Shown here: positions 57,571 through 64,000 of the stretch, piece after piece | How the letters are laid out: each line of letters opens with the position of its first letter | Position numbering within the stretch: position 1 is the first letter of the stretch | From: an uncultured Thermoleophilia bacterium | GTDB lineage: Bacteria; Actinomycetota; Thermoleophilia; UBA2241 | Assembly: GCA_963715985.1 (NCBI GenBank) | Contig: CAVQSP010000011.1 | Coordinates: forward strand, 634,279 to 698,278 | DNA: 64,000 bases | Direction of reading: 5' to 3' | Notes under the pieces: generated by a model | The model's database searches: none | What the model was told of the DNA's origin: nothing | Seen by the model: the letters and a program-made list of their open reading frames with translations, nothing else | Translations under genes and position numbers: made by a program

Positions 57571-59112
57571 ATGTACCGGATCAATCGGCGCCAGTTCGCG
57601 GGGAGCACCGCAGCAGGAATCGCGACCGTGCTGCTGGGAGTCCAGCGGCGCCTGTTGGCGGAGGATGCCGAGGAGTATTCCCCGGAACGACCGCTGATCG
57701 TGACGGGCAAGAAGCTGGCGGTCCAGCCCGTGCTGATCTACCGGACGTTCGAGCGCCGCGACGCGAGCAGTTGGCGTTCCTGGGGCAGCATCAACACGGC
57801 GGAAGCGGCGGCGGAAGAGCGGCAGCGGATCGAACGAGAACTGGCAGCATTGAGCGGCAACAGCGATTTTCCCCTGGAAATCCTCCCGCTCCGGGTCGTC
57901 ACCTCGGAGGAGGAGGCGGCCCAGGTTCACAACGGGGACTACGACCTCGTGTTGGTCTATCCCGCCACGGGGGCCCGCTCCGTTCTGCTGGCGTGTTTTG
58001 CGGCCAAGAAATCCCGCGACACGTTGATCTTCGCTCGGCACCGTTCGGGGCCCGTGTACTACTGGTATGAGGCACTCAGCACCAGCTTCCTGGCGAAGGG
58101 AACGGCGAGTGACTACGCCGGGTGCAGTGCGGCCAATCATGGTCCGGTCACGGTGCACGACGTGGTGATCGACGATTACGAGGAGCTGCGCTGGCGGCTG
58201 CGCGCGCTCTATGCGATCGAAGAATTTCGTCGGCCATCGCCTCGTGGCTCTCGGCGGCGCAGGGCAAGTATGATCCCCAGGCTCCGCAGGTGGCGCGCGA
58301 CCGGTACGGCTTCGAGATCATCGACGTTTCGTACGACGATCTTGCCCGCCGGCTGGAAGCTCTCCGCAACGATCCGGGATTTCTGTCGCGTGCCGAACGC
58401 TGGACCGAACAGTATCTGGCGGTTCCCGGAACCACGCTGCAGACCGGCAGGCCGTTTGTCGTCAACGCGTTCTTGCTCTACAAGATCTTCCGGGATTGGA
58501 TGCGGGAACACGGCGTCACCTCGATCACCATCAACCAGTGCATGGGGGCGATCATCGCCATGTCGCGAACGACCGCCTGCTTGACGCTCAGCTGGTTGAA
58601 CGACGACGGCTATCTGGCGTTCTGCGAATCGGACTTCGTCATCATTCCGCCCGGCGTGTTGCTGCACTATGTGTCCGGCAAGCCCGTCTTCTTCCACAAC
58701 TCGACGTTTCCGCATCAGGGGCTGGTCACCTGCGCACTGCACCGCGCCTCGCCGCATGGATGGCAAGTCGTACGAACCGGCCACGATCGTGACGCACTAC
58801 GAGTCCGACTACGGTGCGGCTCCGAAGGTCGATATGCCGCTCGGGCAGCAGGTCACGCTGATCGATCCGGAGTACAGCACGGGCCGCTGGCTGGGATTCA
58901 CGGGCGTCATCAGGAGCAACCCCTGTTACGAGATCTGCCGCACCCAGCAAGATGTCGAGATCCAGGGGGACTGGAAACAGCTCATCTCGGAAGTCCGGGA
59001 TTCCCATTGGATGATGGCCTTCGGCAATCATCTTTACGCCGCTCGGTACGCCGCTCGCAAACTGGGCATCGCCTGGGTCGACCTGTCCGGCGACAACCCA
59101 AGTCGAGCTTGA
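57571..59112 (+). CDS. L-fucose/L-arabinose isomerase-like protein with twin-arginine signal, frameshifted
   Basis: SD GGGAGG, MYRINRRQF, then TINQCM..TTACL.LS.LND.G..AFCESD, AHCTAP..MDG, THYES.YGAAP, CRTQ, HWMM..G. Confidence 0.7.
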
Positions 59113-59194
59113 ATCGGAATCGCGAACCTATTACCGTAGTGTCAGGATTGGGTGGCAGTTGTTTCGCGGTGTCCCCCGAAAAGAGGTGCTGTTT

Positions 59195-60315
59195 ATGGAC
59201 AACCGAGTAACCCGACGGCAGTTTGTTCGAGACACGGCTTCGACGGCCGCGGCCCTGGCCGCCGGATTCACGGTGGCGTCCAACCTGGTCGGCACGAAGA
59301 TCGTTCGAGCCGGCAATCCCGAGGGAGCGGACACGAGCAAGATCCTCAACTACAGCCCCGACATGGAATATCGCCGCTGCGGCAAGTCAGGCTTGATGGT
59401 GTCGGCCGTCTGCTTGGGCGGGCACTGGAAACGACTGGTGAATGTCATCGGAGGAACGGAGCCGGGCGGTTGGATGACGAGCGACATCGAACGCGAGGAT
59501 TTTCAGAAGAACCGCTACGAGGTATTGACGCGGTGCATGGAACGCGGCGTGAACTACGTCGATGCCTGTTGCCGCGAAGAGATCCTCGCCTACTCCCGGC
59601 GCTGAAAGACCGCCGCGACCGCATGTACCTCGGCTATTCCTGGCACATCAAGGAGAGCCGTTTCGAGGAATGGCGGTCGGCGGAGAAGCTGAAGCAAGGT
59701 TTGGACGAGGGGATGAAAGAGGCGGGATTGGATTACGTTGACCTGTGGCGGATTAGCCTCCTGGTCGACAGCCAGCAGCATTCGGAGGCGGAGATCCAAG
59801 CGGTCGTCGAAGCACTCGACTGGGCCAAACAGACCGGGCGTGCTCGCTTCACGGGTGTCTCATCGCACGACCGGCCAAATTTGAAGGCCATTATCGACAA
59901 GCACCCGGAACACATGGACGTTATCCTGACGCCCTACACGGCGAATACCAAGATCGTGACGGACGAGTCGGGCCTTTGGGCCTCGATTCAGAAGCATGAT
60001 ATCGGCTGGTTCGGCATCAAGCCGTTCGCCAGCAATTCGGTCTTTCAGGGCGATAGCTCGCCCGGCAGTCCGCATGCCAAGGAGGACAGCCGGATTGCTC
60101 GGCTGGCCATTCGCTACATTCTCTGCAATACGGCGATTACGGCCCCCATTCCCGGACTGATCTCCGTCGATCAGGTCGATAACGTGGCCCGGGCCGTCAA
60201 GGAACGGCGGGTGTTGGACCTGGGCGAACAGGCCGATCTGCGGCGCGTGATGCAACGCGCCTGGGCGAATCTGCCCAAGAACTACCAGTGGCTAAAGAAC
60301 TGGGAGTACGTTTGA
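59195..60315 (+). CDS. Aldo/keto reductase family protein with twin-arginine signal, frameshift near 59,600
   Basis: TRRQFV, MEYRR.GKSGL.VS..CLGG, G.NY.D, LDYVDL, G..RF.GVSSH, IKPFA, IPG....Q...V. Confidence 0.85.
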
Positions 60316-60368
60316 GCCATTCGAGCCGCGGGCCGGTGCTAACCGTTGTGCCTTGAGAAGGGTCGGGT

Positions 60369-60620
60369 ATGCGTTTCCAACGAAGTCAATGCTTGTGCTG
60401 TCTGCGCGCGGGATGCGCCGGGTTGCTGATTGCCCGTTTTCTTGCCTTCCACCGGAGACTGCCCCGGTCGGCGCGGCCGAACCGGCCGCCGTTCCACCGC
60501 TGCTGATGATCGAGGAAGATGCGCCTCTGCTGGAGGACGTCCCGAGGCAAAACAATCGGCGGGCGAGAAAAAGGCTGGAGCAGCAGGCCGACAACTCCGC
60601 GTGCTTCGTCTGCCACGACA
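60369..60620 (+). CDS. N-terminal fragment of a secreted c-type cytochrome, truncated at junction
   Basis: Signal-like start, acidic/Pro linker, then DNSACFVCHDN (CxxCH at 60602-60616); no continuation. Confidence 0.55.
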
Positions 60621-60621
60621 A

Positions 60622-61985
60622 CCGGAAGATGTGCTCGCCTATCTAGCGCGGCGGCGTGCGCGCAGCGACAGGCGACGATTATCCCCAGTCCATGGTTGAG
60701 CGCATTGCATGGAAATCGCCCTATCCGCTGCTGCGCCATCATTTCGGCTTACCAACGCTGCAGGCGACTTGCGATGGCATCGAACAGATCGCCGACACGC
60801 GGGTGCTGGATGTCATCTCGCTGGGCATCGACCAGGATGCACAGGCCAATTTTTCCACCCGGAGCGCCAGGATGTGCGCCGGACGGGCGCTGGGGGCGTG
60901 CCCGTGCGCAGTGCCGAGGATTACCGGCGACTCTTTGCGGCCAGCCGTCGCGGCAATTATCCGCTCATGCGCACCTATTCGGGCACCGACGATTTCGTGC
61001 GCCTGGCCGAGATGTATGTCGAGACAATCAACATTGCCTGGGCGGCGGTGCCGCTCTTCTGGTTCAACCAGATGGATGGCCGCGGCCCGCACGACCTGGA
61101 AGAGTTCGATCCGTGCCCACCAGGAATTGCTGGCCTGGTATGGCGCGCGTGGCATCCCCGTAGAACTCAACGAGCCCCATCATTGGGGCGATGCGCGATG
61201 CGTCGGACGCGGTCTTTGTCGTCGCCGCATACCTTTCTGCCTACAATGCCCGCGCGGTTCGGCGTGCGCGACTATGTGGCGCAGTTGATGTTCAACAGCC
61301 CGCCTGGTCTCTCCGATGCGATGGATCTGGCCAAGATGCTTGCCGTGCTGCAACTGATTGAGCCCCTTGGCGACGCCGAGCAGCCCGACCCTGGGCCAGA
61401 GCGAATCCAGCCAACACGCAGGGATGCGCATCTATCGCCAGACCCGCACGGGCCTGCTCAGCTTTCCGCTTGACCCAGAGGCGGCGCGGGTCACCTGGCG
61501 GCTTCAACCTATCTGCAGATGGCACTCAAGCCGCACATCGTCCACGTGGTCGGCCACACTGAAGCGCACCATGCAGCCACGGCCGAGGATGTGATAGCGG
61601 CCTGTCGCGTCGCACGGCGTGCCATCGAAAACGCCGTACAAGGCGCGCCGGAAATGACCCTGCACCCACGCGTGCTGGAACGACAGCAGACGCTGATTGC
61701 AGAAGCGAACGTCCTGTTGGATGCCATCCGCAGCCTGGCTGCGCCTGGCGTGGCCGACCCGCTGACCGATCCGGCTACCCTGACGCGGGCCGTGACGACG
61801 GGCATCCTGGACGCGCCGCAACTGCGCAACAACCGGTTTGGCCGTGGCCAGCATGCGCACCAGGATTGTCGGCGGCGCGTGTGTCGCCGTCGATCCGGAT
61901 GGCCGACCAACTTTCCGAGGCGGAGCGCCTGGCCGCGCTCATTGGTGACCAGAGCCGCTATCAGCCCATTGCCAAAGGGAAGTAG
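60622..61985 (+). CDS. C-terminal part of an uncharacterised protein family usually annotated as cobalamin B12-binding-domain protein; 5'-truncated and frameshifted
   Basis: Reconstructed: PLLRHHFGLP, LDVISLG.DQ.AQ, GAGGVPVR, RGNYPL.R.YSGT, MDGRGP, PVE.NEPHHW, MFNSP, RTGLLS, HVVG..EA.HAA, GILDAP. The family is recognised from memory; the B12-binding domain itself is not in the window. Confidence 0.65.
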
Positions 61986-62002
61986 CAAAGGAGACAACAA
62001 TC

Positions 62003-63118
62003 ATGAGCACAGACAAAAACTATGCCGTGATCGGCGCGGGCCACGGCGGCCGCGCCATGGCCGCCCATCTGGCATTGATGGGGTACCGGGTGACACTCTA
62101 CAATCGCACACCGGAGCGAATCTCGGCCATCAAGGCGCGTGGCGGTATCGACCTGGAAAGCAACGATGGCGGGATCCGTGGCTTTGGCCGGCTGGCATTG
62201 GTGACGTCCGACATGGGTCAAGCGCTGTCGGGCGCCGACCTGGTCATGGTGGTCGTTCCATCGTCGGCGCACGCCGACATCGCACGCACGGCGGCGCCGC
62301 ATTTGCGGGATGGTCAAATCGTCGTGCTGCACCCGGGCCGTACGTTGGGCGCAATCGAGTTTGTCAAGATTCTCTGCGACGCGGGCTGCAAGGCGGACGT
62401 GACTATCGCCGAAGCCGAGACCTTTATCTATGCCAGCCGTTCCGACGGGCCGGCCCAGGCGCGCATCTTTCGTATCAAGGAATCGGTGCCGCTGGCCGCG
62501 CTGCCGGCCAAAGCGCACGGCCCAGGTCCTGGAGGCGCTGGCGCCGGCCTATCCGCAGTTTATCGACGGCATCAGCGTGCTGCACACGGGCTTGAACAAC
62601 ATGGGCGCCATTTTTCATCCGGCGTTGACACTGCTCAACGCCGGGCGTATCGAGTCCACGCATGGGGATTATCAGTTCTACATCGAAGGCGTCACGCCAT
62701 CGGTTGCGCGCGTGCTGGAGGTGCTTGACCGTGAGCGGGTAACCGTCGCCGCGTCGCTGGGGATCCGCGCACGGACCGCCATCGAATGGCTGCAGATGGC
62801 CTACAACGCGACCGGCGAGGACCTCAACGAAGCGATTCACAATCAGACCGGCTATTACGGCATCAAGGCGCCCACCACGCTCAACCATCGCTATATCTTT
62901 GAGGATGTGCCCATGAGCCTGGTGCCGATTGCCGCCCTCGGCCAGCACTACGGCGTGTCGGTGCGTGGCATGGATTCGATCATTCGTCTTGCCTGTATCA
63001 TCCATAACACCGATTATTGGCGGCGCGGGCGCACGCTGGACAAACTGGGGATCGAACACTCAGCGTCGGTGAATTGACCAAGTTCGTCAACGACGGCGTG
63101 CGCGATTGGGATGGGTAG
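62003..63118 (+). CDS. NAD/NADP octopine/nopaline (opine) dehydrogenase family protein, frameshifted
   Basis: SD AAAGGAGA; VIGAGHGG.AMAA.L, LHPGRTLGA.E, E.ET..YA.R, L.N.GA.FHP, FY.EG.TP, D.ER, HRY..EDVP..LVP, GRTL..LG. Confidence 0.9.
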
Positions 63119-63417
63119 CCGGGATACGCGGCAGCCGGCGTTGATCGTCGGGATCTACCGGACTTCGGCAGCCCAGGAAGCAGCGGCCACCGAAGTGGCT
63201 GATGAAGTGATCCCCTGGTCAACAGCGAGTTTACGCACGAAGGGGTTGAACTCGCTGCGAAGAGTGGAATTCGGATCTCCGCGTCCTATTAAAAATCTCA
63301 CTGTCTTTCTGCTAGAATTTAACCATCGAACCCCACCGGTTTCCCGAATGTGCGCCGTCTTTTGGCGATCCCCCATAGCTGTACAATTGAGGCGACGCTG
63401 AACCATGGAGATCGACC

Positions 63418-64000
63418 ATGGCAACCAAAATACTTGGCATACTTGTTTTCACCGTGTGCGGCGGGCTTCTCTGGCCAGCTTGTTCGGTGCGTTGACCGGT
63501 GTAGCACACGCGCAGCCGCAGGCAGCCACGCTCTACGTGGCCCCGTCCGGACATTGCGGGTCAAATACCCCTTGTTACGAACACCCACAGGCGGCCGTGG
63601 ACGCAGCCGGCCCCGGCGATGAAATCCGTGTTGCGGCCCGCACCTACAGCGGTGTATCGACACGCAACGGGTCCACCCAGGTTCTCTACGTGGATAACAG
63701 ATCACCGTGCGCGGCGGCTATGACCCTGGCACGTGGATTCAGGACCTGGGCCTGCACACCACCACCCAGACGCCCAAAAGCGGCGCTATTACATCACGGG
63801 GCAGTCGCGCCGGTGATCCAGGGGCTGCACCTCACCCAAGGTAGCGGACCAAATGGCGGCGGGGTCTATGTCGAAGGCGCCGCGGTGACACTGCGTGACA
63901 ACGAGAATCTACGATAACTGGGCCGAAGGCTTTGGCGGCGGGGTCTACTTAAAAATAGCGCGGCAGCCGTTGCCGGCAACCACATCTACACCAATACGAC
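63418..64000 (+). CDS. Secreted right-handed beta-helix repeat protein, 3'-partial and frameshifted
   Basis: Signal peptide, LYVAP.G.CG..TPCY..PQAAVDAA..GDEIRVA..TY, GGGVYV and N.A..GGGVY repeats. Confidence 0.75.

Noticed and set aside
56056-58584. 842-aa ORF as a natural MFS-isomerase fusion
   Set aside because: Produced by an indel near 57,200. The transporter C-terminus continues in another frame, and the second gene has its own SD and Tat-type start at 57,571.
63150-63265. SRP RNA (AGGAAGCAGC) or hammerhead ribozyme (CTGATGA)
   Set aside because: The SRP helix-8 CAGG..GNRA context and the hammerhead stem II-GAAA core are both missing.

Overview
High-GC window with many single-base indels that break otherwise recognisable genes, consistent with uncorrected long-read or metagenomic sequence. 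It appears to be three unrelated segments joined mid-gene. Segment A (1 to ~43,220; very high GC3, Actinobacteria-like by inference) holds a small TA/defence patch (MNT-HEPN, AAA/DUF4143 ATPase, HicAB-like pair), a HAD-GT87-GtrA-GT87 operon and a ~37 kb surface-polysaccharide locus. That locus encodes FnlABC-type UDP-L-FucNAc genes, WecB, WecG, a Wzc-like kinase, AsnB, GT2/GT4 enzymes, a ligase/polymerase, two paralogous beta-helix proteins, FkbM and Wzm/Wzt. Embedded in it is an unusual RraA-aldolase / CphA-like ATP-grasp / Ldh_2 reductase operon facing a second ATP-grasp ligase, the best candidate here for an undescribed glycan-decoration pathway. Segment B (~43,220 to ~60,620; Planctomycete-like REP elements) encodes a secreted nitrilase-family enzyme, GH99-like and GH2 hydrolases, RlmKL, a DACNV-type diadenylate-cyclase-like protein, and an operon of sugar porter, Tat isomerase-like protein, Tat aldo-keto reductase and cytochrome c. 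Segment C (~60,620 to 64,000; Chloroflexi-like by inference) encodes the C-terminal part of an uncharacterised putative B12-dependent enzyme coupled to an opine dehydrogenase, then a beta-helix surface protein. No rRNA, tRNA or CRISPR array was found. All family assignments come from motif recognition, not database searches.
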